A DNA stretch of 64,000 nucleotides from Eledone cirrhosa (taxonomy: Eukaryota): the NCBI GenBank assembly GCA_964016885.1, contig OZ024740.1:51646001-51710000 (forward strand), in the 5' to 3' direction. Under the pieces are notes generated by a model. That model searched no databases. It saw only the letters and a program-made list of their open reading frames with translations, and had not been told where the DNA came from. A program made the position numbers and the translations under genes. Positions 25,640 to 38,164 of the stretch are shown here, one piece after another (position 1 is the first letter of the stretch; each line of letters begins with the position of its first letter).

Positions 25640-27724
25640 CTCTTTGTCCTCCCGCGTCCTTGAGAGAAACATCCTCCAGTCCCTCCGGACGACAACCTAC
25701 ACTTGCTCGACCCTTCAGGTTATTTACAGCCTGTTTTCACCTCAGACAACAGGAAGGCGATTGTATCATTTCTTGCGGGTTCTGGTGGCAGGAATTGGTG
25801 GTCTACGACCTCAACATCTCAAGGATAGTATCTCCCTATCAGCTGGCGTTGCCGGCCCTCAGCTCTTGGAGAACCATGTTCTCGCCCTCTGTTTTTTTGG
25901 GGGGCTAAACTGTTTGGTATCACAAAGACCAATGGTTACCTCTATCCCATAACAGTTGGGCGTACTCTGCGACGGCTCACAGTGAAAGTGTGTCTGTCCT
26001 CGGCTCCAGACTTCCTGTCCACCGAATAGGGATTCAGCTAGGTGTAGGTACCAAGCTGGGTCATGTGGTTATAGCTCACGCCACTAGAGCTTTTATCAAC
26101 TTGCCTTCTGAGACTCCAAATGTTATTCTCAAACTAGATATTAGGAACGCTTTCAGTTTCACCCGTTGGGATGTCATCTTTCGTTCAGTAAGGGAGAGGG
26201 TCTCCCAGCTGCAGCACTTTGCTTGGCAAGCTTATAGGGAGCCCTCCAACCCCCTATCTGCATCAGGGATCCAACAGGCGACCTTTGAACATCTGGTGTC
26301 TTGATGATGCTTTTTTTTGTTTTTTGGAGGGAGGGGGGTTCCAGAGAAGGTCCTTCCAACTGCGAGGACGATGATTGAGGAACTTGGTCGTAGGGGCCTT
26401 TACGCTTACAGTTGCAAATGGGAGCCCTGGCTCCTCAAACACCCAGTTTCACATCAGAGACTGTAGACCTGTTTACCGATACCTTTCCTTCTATTCCGAT
26501 TCCTCCCTCATCAGCGACGTGCGCCCTTGGAGCCCCAATTACTGACTGAACCTTCGATCCCACATTTCAATCCAAGTTGGCTAACCTCGAGCAACTGTTA
26601 AAAAACCTTGAGGCTTTTCATCCCCACTAAGGTTTTTTATACTTAGAAATTACTTGTCGATTCCGAAGTTGTATTTTCTCAGAGTTAGTCCATCCTATAG
26701 ATTCTCGTTGTCTCTACAACGCTTTGACGGCCTAATCTTCAGCGAACTCGAATGCTGGATCAATGTCAGACTCTCCCCAGAGTCCCGCAATTAGGCTGCC
26801 TTGCCTGCCCAAACGGTTGGAGGTCTAGGTTTGCGTAAATACTCGTATCCGTCTCTTCTCTGTTTTCTTTCCTTCATTTGCGTTTGCTCCCTTTGGTAGA
26901 AAATATCCTCTCCTTTCCAACATGGACTAGTTCCAACAGGAAGATTGATGAAGCTTTACTACAGTGGAGAGAGCTAGGTTTGTAGACAGAAGTAGAGAGT
27001 ATGGGACAATCTGCGTTCGAGTGATACCTTCAACTCTCTCTTTGATCAATCAGATCTATTTTCAAGGTGTCGCCTATTTTCTGCAAGCGCAAAATTCTTG
27101 GGGAACCGAGTTGATGCACTGCCTGTGACCAACATTGGTGGTCTTCTTAGTCTGGGTGAGGTCCGCATCTCCATTGCAATCAAAGTGGGAGCCGATGTCT
27201 GCGGGGGACTGCGATATCGCTGTGGTAGGCCCCTCGATTCCACAGGCCTCCATCATTTGTATTGCCGCCTGAATGCTGGTCGCTTCGCCCGCCACACTAA
27301 ACTAAGCTTGATCATTAAGCGGGCTCTAGCTCGGGTAAATATCCCCTCTGGATTATCCAGGATTGCTGAGAAGAGACCAGATAGCCTTACCCTTTGTCCC
27401 TGAGTAAGAGGTAGATATCTCATCTGTGACACCACAATCAGTGACTCTTTTGCTCACTCCCACATCCTGGATGCTGCGGTGAATGTGAGGGACGCTGCTT
27501 CCGTAGCTGAACGGAATAAAATTCTAAAGTACAGGAACTTATCGGTAGACCTTTTCTTCCAGACGTTTGGGGGAACTGGGCCGCTGACAGCAACATTCTT
27601 GTCATCGTTAACGGCTCGCCTTACCGAGGTGTCAGGTGATGCTCGTGAGGGTGCTTGGCTATTTCAGCGTCCTAGCCAAGTCATCACCCGAGGCATGTTG
27701 GCTTACCTAAACAAATTCCGATGA
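25640..27724 (+). mobile_element. Old CRE-clade copy
   Basis: GGLRPQHLKD, QLGVG, KLDIRNAFS, YRCG..DSTGLHHLYC..GRFARH, KRPDSLT, WLFQR, with many stops and frameshifts. Confidence 0.85.
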
Positions 27725-28211
27725 CCCATGTAGTGTGACCGATTGACGCATTTAGTGTAGAATTAATTGAGAATTAATTGGGGTTTTTTCGCCTTATTGT
27801 ATATTTTTGTGTATTATATTTATAAAGTTTCTAGCAATAATTAATTAATTATATGTATATATTTTTTAATTTTATATTTTTATCTATTAATTATATTTGT
27901 TAAATGATAATAGAAATGCTTTTTTTTTAATATAAAAACAAACAAAATTTAGTTCAGTAGTATAGTGTATACATGTATATGTAGTGGACAACAGGAACAA
28001 CATAATTCAGTGAATCTCGTTTTTCATAATGGATAATGTTATCAAACTCTATGTATGTATGGGGTACAAAGGTCGGTCGAGTAAAGAGATACATAAGTAT
28101 AGGTGTAGTCTGGGTTAAATTTTATTTGATTTTATTATTGCCCCCCCCCCCCCCCCCCCCCCAGTGAAGTATATCTCTAATGACTTGATTTTTTATTTCA
28201 TTGTTTTAACT

Positions 28212-28243
<32 letters not shown>

Positions 28244-28295
28244 CACGCATATACATATACATATAAATACATACATACACATGACTGCTATTTAA

Positions 28296-28324
28296 TACCC
28301 GAGCAACACCGGGTACCTCTGCTA

Positions 28325-28325
<1 letters not shown>
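28296..28325 (+). mobile_element. Helitron-type 3' terminus
   Basis: Hairpin tacccg-agcaacac-cgggta followed by CTAG|T. Confidence 0.65.
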
Positions 28326-28382
<57 letters not shown>

Positions 28383-28520
28383 GTTGGCATGTTACTAGTT
28401 CTGACAAGATTAGTACTCCACACTTAAGAAAGTAAAGTCTGGTAGGTATTATATGGGGTACGAAGGTCGGTCGAGTAAAGAGATACATAAGTATAGGTGT
28501 AGTCTGGGTTAAATTTTATT

Positions 28521-30620
28521 TGTAATCACAGATAGTTAAATCTCCCCCTTTGTAATCACAGTTAGTTAAATCTCCCCCTTTGTAATCACAGATAGTTAAA
28601 TTTCCCCCTTTGTAATCACAGATAGTTAAATCTCCCCCTTTGTAATCACAGATAGTTAAATTTCCCCCTTTGTAATCACAGATAGTTAAATCTCCCCCTT
28701 TGTAATCACAGATAGTTAAATTTCCCCCTTTGTAATCACAGATAGTTAAATCTCCCCCTTTGTAATCACAGATAGTTAAATTTCCCCCTTTGTAATCACA
28801 GATAGTTAAATTTCCCCCTTTGTAATCACAGATAGTTAAATCTCCCCCTTTGTAATCACAGATAGTTAAATTTCCCTCTTTGTAATCACAGATAGTTAAA
28901 TTTCCACCTTTGTAATCACAGATAGTTAAATTTCCCTCTTTGTAATCACAGATAGTTAAATCTCCCCCTTTGTAATCACAGATAGTTAAATTTCCCTCTT
29001 TGTAATCACAGATAGTTAAATTTCCACCTTTGTAATCACAGATAGTTAAATTTCCCTCTTTGTAATCACAGATAGTTAAATCTCCCCCTTTGTAATCACA
29101 GATAGTTAAATTTCCCTCTTTGTAATCACAGATAGTTAAATTTCCACCTTTGTAATCACAGATAGTTAAATTTCCCTCTTTGTAATCACAGATAGTTAAA
29201 TCTCCCCCTTTGTAATCACAGTTAGTTAAATCTCCCCCTTTGTAATCACAGATAGTTAAATTTCCACCTTTGTAATCACAGATAGTTAAATTTCCCTCTT
29301 TGTAATCACAGATAGTTAAATCTCCCCCTTTGTAATCACAGATAGTTAAATTTCCCCCTTTGTAATCACAGATAGTTAAATTTCCCTCTTTGTAATCACA
29401 GATAGTTAAATTTCCACCTTTGTAATCACAGTTAGTTAAATTTCCACCTTTGTAATCACAGATAGTTAAATTTCCCCCTTTGTAATCACAGATAGTTAAA
29501 TCTCCCCCTTTGTAATCACAGATAGTTAAATTTCCCCCTTTGTAATCACAGATAGTTAAATTTCCCTCTTTGTAATCACAGATAGTTAAATCTCCTCCTT
29601 TGTAATCACAGATAGTTAAATCTCCCCCTTTGTAATCACAGATAGTTAAATTTCCCTCTTTGTAATCACAGATAGTTAAATCTCCCCCTTTGTAATCACA
29701 GATAGTTAAATTTCCCTCTTTGTAATCACAGATAGTTAAATCTCCCCCTTTGTAATCACAGATAGTTAAATCTCCCCCTTTGTAATCACAGATAGTTAAA
29801 TTTCCCTCTTTGTAATCACAGATAGTTAAATCTCCCCCTTTGTAATCACAGATAGTTAAATTTCCCTCTTTGTAATCACAGATAGTTAAATCTCCCCCTT
29901 TGTAATCACAGATAGTTAAATTTCCCTCTTTGTAATCACAGATAGTTAAATCTCCCCCTTTGTAATCACAGATAGTTAAATCTCCCCCTTTGTAATCACA
30001 GATAGTTAAATTTCCCTCTTTGTAATCACAGATAGTTAAATCTCCCCCTTTGTAATCACAGATAGTTAAATCTCCCCCTTTGTAATCACAGATAGTTAAA
30101 TTTCCCTCTTTGTAATCACAGATAGTTAAATCTCCCCCTTTGTAATCACAGATAGTTAAATTTCCCTCTTTGTAATCACAGATAGTTAAATTTCCCTCTT
30201 TGTAATCACAGATAGTTAAATTTCCACCTTTGTAATCACAGATAGTTAAATTTCCCTCTTTGTAATCACAGATAGTTAAATCTCCCCCTTTGTAATCACA
30301 GATAGTTAAATTTCCCTCTTTGTAATCACAGATAGTTAAATTTCCCCCTTTGTAATCACAGATAGTTAAATCTCCCCCTTTGTAATCACAGATAGTTAAA
30401 TTTCCTCCTTTGTAATCACAGATAGTTAAATCTCCCCCTTTGTAATCACAGATAGTTAAATCTCCCCCTTTGTAATCACAGATAGTTAAATTTCCCCCTT
30501 TGTAATCACAGATAGTTAAATCTCCCCCTTTGTAATCACAGATAGTTAAATCTCCCCCTTTGTAATCACAGTTAGTTAAATCTCCCCCTTTGTAATCACA
30601 GTTAGTTAAATTTCCCCCTT
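28521..30620. repeat. 30-bp tandem array, 70 units
   Basis: tgtaatcacagatagttaaatYtccccctt. No indels, and substitutions fall in a few columns. Confidence 0.99.
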
Positions 30621-30724
30621 TGCCGATGATCCAACATTTGACAACTGTGATTCACCGATTAATGGTGAAATATATTTCTTTGATGGAATATGTACAAAGG
30701 AGATTAATCATTATTGCAAGGTAT

Positions 30725-30941
30725 GTGGGCGGTGGATTGGCAGTATCGGTAGAGAGTCGGGTGCCATGTTTTGTAGCATAGAGATACAGCCCTTTATGAT
30801 CTGAGTTCAAATCTCGCCGAGGTTAACTTTGCCTTTCATCCTTACGGGGTCGATAAAATAAAGTACCAGTCACGCACTGGGGTCGATTTAATCAACTTTC
30901 CCCTCCCCCAAAATTGTTAGCCGCATGCCTATATAAGAAAC
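30725..30941 (+). mobile_element. Full tRNA-SINE with target-site duplication
   Basis: cattattgcaaggtat repeated at 30709-30724 and 30942-30957. Confidence 0.9.
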
Positions 30942-31214
30942 CATTATTGCAAGGTATCTATATTTAGGGTTCTCGTAAATTTATAATATGTTACCTATGT
31001 AACTATATGTTTACACTCTTTACAAATTATCCCCTGTAATTGTTTGATGTGTTTATTATATATATGTCAATAGATTTTTAATTTAATATTAATAAATGCT
31101 CAGATTTATTCCTTAGAATTCTTTGAGCTTATTCTACAGGTGGTATAGCGCATGTTTCTGATATTCTCAGACATTACATTTTTAATTTAATTTTGGTAAT
31201 ATATATATATATAT

Positions 31215-31396
31215 CCACGTGATTCGCCAACACTACACCTGATATCCCCCTCCATACACACACACACACATGTATTTGATGACTCATACACTGTTCAATT
31301 ACCTGACATTTGTACATCATTCTATGTACTATACATGCACCTTTGATGAGTTGTAGTACACCTGAGCACTGTACACAATAATTTCATTATTATTAT
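31215..31396 (+). mobile_element. 3' UTR fragment of the CR1-like LINE at 61484-64000
   Basis: attcgccaacactacacctga...tgatgagttgtagt...ctgtacacaataatttcatt followed by (ATT)n. Confidence 0.8.
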
Positions 31397-31544
31397 TTTA
31401 TATCTGTGAATATGTTAAGTATATTTGCAGAGAGGAGTTCTCGGTGCTATAATTAAGATTGGGTAAGAGTCATATGTAAAAGTTATAATTAATTGTAATT
31501 ATACATATGTATGTGTCAAATAGTGTTCGATGCGTCTTATAGAG

Positions 31545-31723
31545 CAGACAAGTCAAACTAAGGGTCCGCCGAGGGCCACATGGGTCACATATGTGTTGTC
31601 TGAGGACCACACATGACAACTATTTTTTTAAATTTTATATTACGAAGATAAAGCATGCTCGTGCTGTAAAAACCCTTTGTGCGGACCGCATGCAGCCCGC
31701 GGGACGCATGTTTGACATGCCTG
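31545..31723. mobile_element. hAT-type MITE
   Basis: TIR cagacaagtcaaac / gtttgacatgcctg with a perfect 8-bp TSD ttatagag. Confidence 0.9.
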
Positions 31724-31743
31724 TTATAGAGTACACATAGTGA

Positions 31744-34700
31744 AAGAAATACCCACCAAACACAATCCAAAACTTCAGAGTTGGTACCATGAATGTAGGG
31801 ACCTTAAAAGGCCGCTCAAACGAGGTAGTAGAAATGCTTGAACGTAAGGAGGTTGATGTCTGCTGCATCCAAGAGACCAGGTGGAGGGGCGGGTCTGCTA
31901 GATTCATTGTGGGTAAAAAACGATGCTATAAGCTTTTCTGGGTGGGAAATGACAATGGGCTGGGTGGGGTAGGAATCATGTTAGCAGAAAAATGGGTGGA
32001 TAAGATAATAGATGTAAATAGAGTAAACGACAGAATAATTAAAATAAGACTTGTTCTAAATAGAACTACTGTGACGATAATATCTGCGTACGCGCCCCAA
32101 TCCGGACTGCCTGGCGCTATAAAAGACACTTTCTATGAGACACTGATGCTCACTACCTCCCAAATAACCGACAGTGACTATATAATTATTACTGGCGACC
32201 TAAATGGTCACGTTGGACAACATTGTGACGGCTATGATGAAATCCATGGAGGCTATGGGTTTGGTACTAGAAATGAGGAAGGCTCCAGAATCCTGGAATT
32301 CTGTGACGCAAATAACCTAACAATCTGTAACACTAACTTCAAAAAACGAGACAATCACTTGATCACCTACAGATCAGGGGAACATACCAGCCAGGTAGAT
32401 TATATCCTTACCAGAAGACGTGACAGAGTGACTGTTGTAAACACTAAATCCCTCCCCCATGAAGAATGCACCTCCCAACATAGACTGATAATTAGCGACC
32501 TCATAGTCAGGACGAGACGTACTCGACAGCAGAAGAGGACTATCCTCAGGAGAAAAATATGGAAGCTAAAGGACCCCACAGCCAGAAATAAATTTCAAAG
32601 CATATTACTTGACGCTTTCGACAGTAAGGAAGAGCATTTAGAGTCGGACAATATAGAGGGACAGTGGGAATTCCTGAAAGCAAACCTGCTGATGGCGGCA
32701 GACGAAGTCTGTGGCCGGAGCAGGCCTATAGGCAGGAGGAGAGTAACATGGTGGTGGAACAGTAAGGTGGAGGAGTCGATTAAGGCCAAAAAGCAGGCTT
32801 GGAAAATGTGGCGGGATGGGGGAAGTAGAGAAGACTATCAAGTGGCCAGGAGGGAAGCTAGGAGACAAGTGTACTTTGCAAGAAGGGAAGCAGAGGAAAG
32901 AAAGTTCAAGCATGTTCTACAACGCGAGGACCAAAAACGTGAGGTGTTCAGGATTGCTAGGCAATGTGTCAAGAAAAACCGTGATATTGTTGGGGAGAAG
33001 TGTGTACTAAATGATGATGGCGTACTCGCCATCACTGACGCTGATAAGAAGGTCGCTTGGAAGTGTCACTACGAGAGGCTACTAAATGAGGAGAATAAAT
33101 GGGAGAAGGATAGTCTCCCCCAGATCGATCCAATAGAGGGACCAGCAGTGTTAGTTGAAGGTAGTATAATAAGTAAGGCGATCAAAGATATGAAGACGGG
33201 TAAGGCGGCTGGGCCTTCGGAAATAGTCGCTGAGATGCTGAAGGCCTCTGGAACGGTGGGACACACCATGGTCACCCGGATAGTAAACCAAGTCATACAG
33301 AATGGGGTTGTTCCGAAGGACTGGCGTAGCAGCATCATCATTAACTGTTACAAGGGTAAAGGAGATGCCCTAGATAGGAGTAACTATAGAGGGATTAAAT
33401 TAATCGACCAGGTCATGAAGGTCACGGAAAAAGTAATAGTGCAACTAATCAGAGAGAGAATCGATCTAGATGAAATGCAGTTCGGGTTTGTGTCAGGCAA
33501 AAGTACCACAGACGCTCTCTTCATTGTACGACAACTACAGGAGAAGTACCTAGCTAAAAGTAAACCCCTATACTTAGCCTTTGTCGACTTGGAGAAAGCC
33601 TTCGACAGAGTCCCCCGTTCCATTATCTGGTGGGCCCTTAGAAAACTAGGTGTTGACGAATGGCTTGTGAGAGCTATACAAGCCATGTATAAAGAAACAG
33701 TGAGCAAGGTTAGAATTAACAACGAATATAGTGAAGAGTTTAGCGTAAAAGTTGGTGTCCATCAGGGCTCTGTTCTTAGCCCCCTACTATTCATTATTGC
33801 TCTTCAGGCTATAACAGAGGAGTTCAAGACCGGCTGCCCATGGGAACTCCTATACGCAGATGACCTAACGCTCATAGCTGAATCAATGGCCGAGCTAGAG
33901 AAGAAATTCCAAACATGGAAGCACGGCCTAGAATCAAAAGGCCTTAAAATTAACATGGCTAAGACTAAAGTTCTAGTTTGTAGGAAAGAAAATAAGGCGC
34001 CGGTCCCTTCCGGGAAATGGCCATGCTCAGTGTGTAGGAAAGGCGTAGGTAGAAACTCCATCTTATGTCCCAAATGCAAAGTATGGGTGCATAAAAGATG
34101 TAGTGGGATCACAGGTAAGCTAACTAAGAACACAGATTTTACATGTGGCCGGTGCTCTGGTGCAATAAGTAGCAGCAAGTGCCCACAGAATACTAGCTCT
34201 TTCAACTGCGCAGAGGGTTCTATAGAAATAGTGGACAGCTTCCGTTACCTGGGTGACAAAATCAGCAGTGGGGGAGGGTGCTCCGAAAGTACAGTAGCTA
34301 GAGTCAGAACTGGATGGAAAAAGTTCAGAGAGCTTATACCACTATTAGCCGCTAAAGGGTTCTCCCTAAAAGTGAAGGGCAGAGTGTATGATGCCTGCAT
34401 ACGAACAGCAATGTTGCATGGCAGTGAGACCTGGGCATTGTGTGCATAGGATATACGCAGACTAGAGAGGAACGAAGCTTGCATGCTCCGCTGGATGTGT
34501 AATAGTAATATACGCGAACGGCAAAGCATAAACGAACTAAGGAAAAAATTAGAAATAAGAGGGATCAGATGTTGTTTACTCGAGAGAAGGCTACGTTGGT
34601 ATGGTCACGTGATGCGCATGAAAGACGACAGCTGTATAACAAAGTGCAGGGCAATAAAGATAGATGGTAGCCACGGAGTAGGCAGACCCAGAAAAACCTG

Positions 34701-35292
34701 GGACGAGCTGATAAATTCCGACCTCACACACTTACACCTCTCCAAGACAATGTCACTGGACCGAGACCTTTGGCGGTACTCAGTAACAGAGAAGACCCGC
34801 GTTACCTAAATACAAAGTAAAACCTACTACAGTCAGCAGGCATCTCTAACAAAATACACCCCCCGTCCCACCACCCCCACCCCATCCACACCGCCCCTTT
34901 CAATGTAAAGTTATGTTGGTGCCACAAAATCCAGGCCGAAACAAATGAGATCGTGTAGGTGTCACGTCAAAAAAACACACAGTTCACGCTGTAATGTGAC
35001 CGTGTAGGCAACACGGTAAAAACGTCCCAGTCCCACACTGTAAATGTGGTTGGTGTTAGGAAGGGCATCCAGCTGTAGAAAACCTGCCAGATAGTCCACG
35101 CTGTAATGTGGCCGTGTAGGCAACACGGTAAAAACCTCCCAGCCCCACACTGTAAATGTGGTTGGTGTTAGGAACGGCATCCAACTGTAGAAAACCCGCC
35201 AGACAGTCCTATGCGAGCAAGACAACCACTCTTGCCTCAAGTAGGAAAACTCCCGTCCAAACCCATGCAAGCATGGAACACGGACGTTAAAC

Positions 35293-35327
<35 letters not shown>
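31744..35327 (+). mobile_element. Near-complete RTE-clade LINE
   Basis: APE-RT ORF, a 3' UTR with an internal duplication, and a (GAT)n tail. Confidence 0.95.
31789..34809 (+). pseudogene. RTE ORF (AP endonuclease, RT, PHD-like Zn finger) with one premature stop
   Basis: CIQETRW, GDLNGHVG, VDYIL, SQHR, FVDLEKAFD, GVHQGSVLSP, LYADDL, CSVC..CPKC..HKRC..CGRC. TAG at 34447-34449, then the same frame continues to 34809. Confidence 0.95.
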
Positions 35328-35442
35328 GTGTCATAGGTATAACAAAAAGCATGTAATCATAGTAAATATGTGAGTGTAATATGTAATCCTCTTTCAGAAG
35401 ATAGTTTTATTAAGTAAACTTTTATTATACAAAGCATATAAA

Positions 35443-35663
35443 TAAATTTACAGTAGAATAACATAACAAATATGTTTTAAATCTATACATAAATAACATT
35501 ACAAATGCTTAGTTAACATTATAAATTGCTCGCGATTCTTTAAGAATGTTACAATATCCTTCTGAAAGAATCGCGAGCAATTTATAATGTTAACTAAGCA
35601 TTTGTAATGTTATTTATGTATAGATTTAAAACATATTTGTTATGTTATTCTACTGTAAATTTA
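35443..35663. repeat. Perfect inverted repeat, 99-bp arms
   Basis: 35443-35541 against 35565-35663. A diverged third copy of the arm lies at about 36280-36360. Confidence 0.93.
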
Positions 35664-35990
35664 ATGTAAAGGAAGGGGTATGTTATGGCTATAATTAAAT
35701 GTATGTGTTCATATTGAATATAAGTTCAGGGTAGTTAGTGTTAATGATATATGAAAAAAATTTCGTTTTTTACAAAAACACTATAAAAATTGGAAGGAGA
35801 TCAATATTTAATGTAAAAACGTATTAAGTAATTACTTTAATATATATATATATATATATACATATATATACATATATATATATAACGAAGAAAGTGTTGT
35901 CCAGAAATAGCCGTCGAACGGCTTGAGCTCTGCCGTCGGGGTCTAGAACATTTTCCTACACATATATATATGTATATACATATACATACG

Positions 35991-36047
<57 letters not shown>

Positions 36048-36171
36048 CGAAGGAAGTGTGGTAAGTAACCAGCTGGACCATAACGCACAAAAGTACTCTA
36101 TACTGGGTAATAGAGTGGGTAATAGGAAAAGAGTCAGGCCGGAGCTCAGCCGTCGGGGTCCTGACTCTTTT

Positions 36172-36237
<66 letters not shown>

Positions 36238-36442
36238 GAATTTATCTTTCATTATACCATCCTTTGTAGTGTTACCGAGGCATTTGTAGTGTTATTTATG
36301 TATATATTTATATATTTAAAACATATTTATGTTATTCTACTGTAAATTTATTTATATGCTCTGTTTATATTTTCATTCTGAAGGAACTTATCCACTTGTG
36401 TTGATATAAGTGATTTTATGACTTTCCTCTAAGCATTGTGTC

Positions 36443-36511
<69 letters not shown>

Positions 36512-36519
<8 letters not shown>

Positions 36520-36925
36520 TAAAATAACAGATTAAAGTTTAAGCAAAGAATTGCTGCTTTCACCCTTAACGGGATCTTCTGAAACTAACAAAGTCAATCT
36601 GTAAACGCAGAACTGGATATTTCAAAAAACGTTGCAACCGGAGGAAGACAGGAAGACGATACATTGGTTCGTGGAAACGTTCCCTGCCAAAGAACGGGAA
36701 AAAACGAATATAATACGGTTGCAACGTTTTTTGAAATATCCACTTCTGCGTTTACAGATTGACTTTGTTAGTTTCAGAAGATCCCGTTAAGGGTGAAAGC
36801 ACCGATTCTTTGCTTAAACTTTAATCTGTTATTTTAATAAATATTTGCTCTACGGTTCTTATATATTATATATATTTATCCTTATCGAGCCCTCTTTGGA
36901 TTTTAGTTTTCAAATTTATTATTAT

Positions 36926-36930
<5 letters not shown>
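36512..36930. mobile_element. Second copy of the inverted-duplicated hammerhead-like element
   Basis: Arms at 36512-36640 and 36716-36844, tail matching 22809-22920, embedded in (TA)n. Confidence 0.82.
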
Positions 36931-36983
<53 letters not shown>

Positions 36984-37235
36984 TATAAATAACAATCAAA
37001 GAGTGTTTAAATGTTTTAAGTATAATATATTTAACTTTTGTAATAGACACATGTTATTCAAATGTATGAATATTTTTGAGTGGTAATATATTTATATTTT
37101 TTCTATGTATGAACTTACGTGTGTATATGTATATATTTGCCTTTATATATATGTGATTATTTATATATTTTTTTGTACGTACGGTCTTTTTATGTGTATA
37201 CATGTATTTTTTTATATGGTGATATGTTTATTACA

Positions 37236-37317
<82 letters not shown>

Positions 37318-37391
37318 CACATACACACACACACACACACACATACATACATATTACGACTGTTTGGAATGTAATGTTTTTGAATACTCAC

Positions 37392-37580
37392 GTGAAATCC
37401 ACCGCAATAAAGTTCGTTGTCTTGATAATTGTGAGGCGTCGAGTATCCTCTTTTCCACATGCTCGATCGACCACAAGGCTCCCATAACCGACCATGGGCT
37501 CGAACAGAGTCGAATAGACACAATAAATAAATAATAAATACGAACGTGAGCAGCCGAGTTAATAGTAGTTGTTTTTCCAT
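37392..37580 (-). CDS. First coding exon of a secreted AA15-type lytic polysaccharide monooxygenase (chitin-binding type-4 domain protein)
   Basis: MEKQLLLTRLLTFVFIIYLLCLFDSVRA|HGRLWEPCGRSSMWKRGYSTPHNYQDNELYCGGFH: hydrophobic signal peptide, V-X-A cleavage before His, HGRL.EP..RSSMW.G..P.NY.DNEL.CGG motif. Ends at a phase-0 GTGAGT donor (37391-37386). Confidence 0.9.
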
Positions 37581-38027
37581 TTGAAAGTAGAAAGTAAAAG
37601 TGAGGGAAGGGTGACAGATAGAGAATGAACGGAGAAACTATAAAATGTTTGAACGATAAATACTGTTGATTGGTCAAAGTGTTTTGTTCTTAAGTATAAT
37701 TAATTCACTGTGACTTAATTACTGTTATTAACTCCTAATTACTCAATTACTTCAATGAACTCAAGCAACTAATGTAATTTATCCTGTGCGTGTGTTTATG
37801 TTGCGACCACTTCATCGTCCTATCATCCTATTGATATTGTCCACAAGTACGCGTGTCGCCTTATGTGCTTTTCTATATAACTCATCCCAAAGAAAGCAAA
37901 TATATATATATATGTATGTGTAAAGTTATATTTAAAATTGTTGGGTTACAACTAGTAAATTCTTCAAATGAAGTTGATGTTTATTACGGTATGTCGAATA
38001 TATTTTTCTATAAAACTGTTTATATTG

Positions 38028-38093
38028 TATTTTGTCTGATGAAGGCATAGCATATTGTTAATATGATATCCCCGAAATATATATAATGAAATA
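38028..38093 (+). ncRNA. Minimal hammerhead ribozyme
   Basis: tattttgt-CTGATGA-a-gg...catatt(gtt)aatatg...cc-GAAA-tatata-TA-atgaaata. Confidence 0.7.
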
Positions 38094-38164
38094 AATATGG
38101 TTTTATAAATATAGTTTTCCATTTATTTAATATTGTATATATATGTATGTATATGTGTATGTAT

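Noticed and set aside
28521-30620. CRISPR-like array
   Set aside because: The units are contiguous with no unique spacers, there are no cas genes, and the context is eukaryotic.
28516-30651. Satellite frame as an LPMO exon
   Set aside because: The only nearby AG (30645) lacks a pyrimidine tract and is phase 1, while the LPMO donor is phase 0. It would also destroy the catalytic domain.
30622-30724. Plus-strand peptide ADDPTFDNCDSPINGEIYFFDGICTKEINHYCK ending at AAG|GTAT, faintly like a C-type lectin end
   Set aside because: There is an in-frame stop just upstream, no acceptor, and it is too short to support.
37212-37391. C-terminal half of the 122-aa ORF
   Set aside because: It is intron read-through past the GTGAGT donor into microsatellite.
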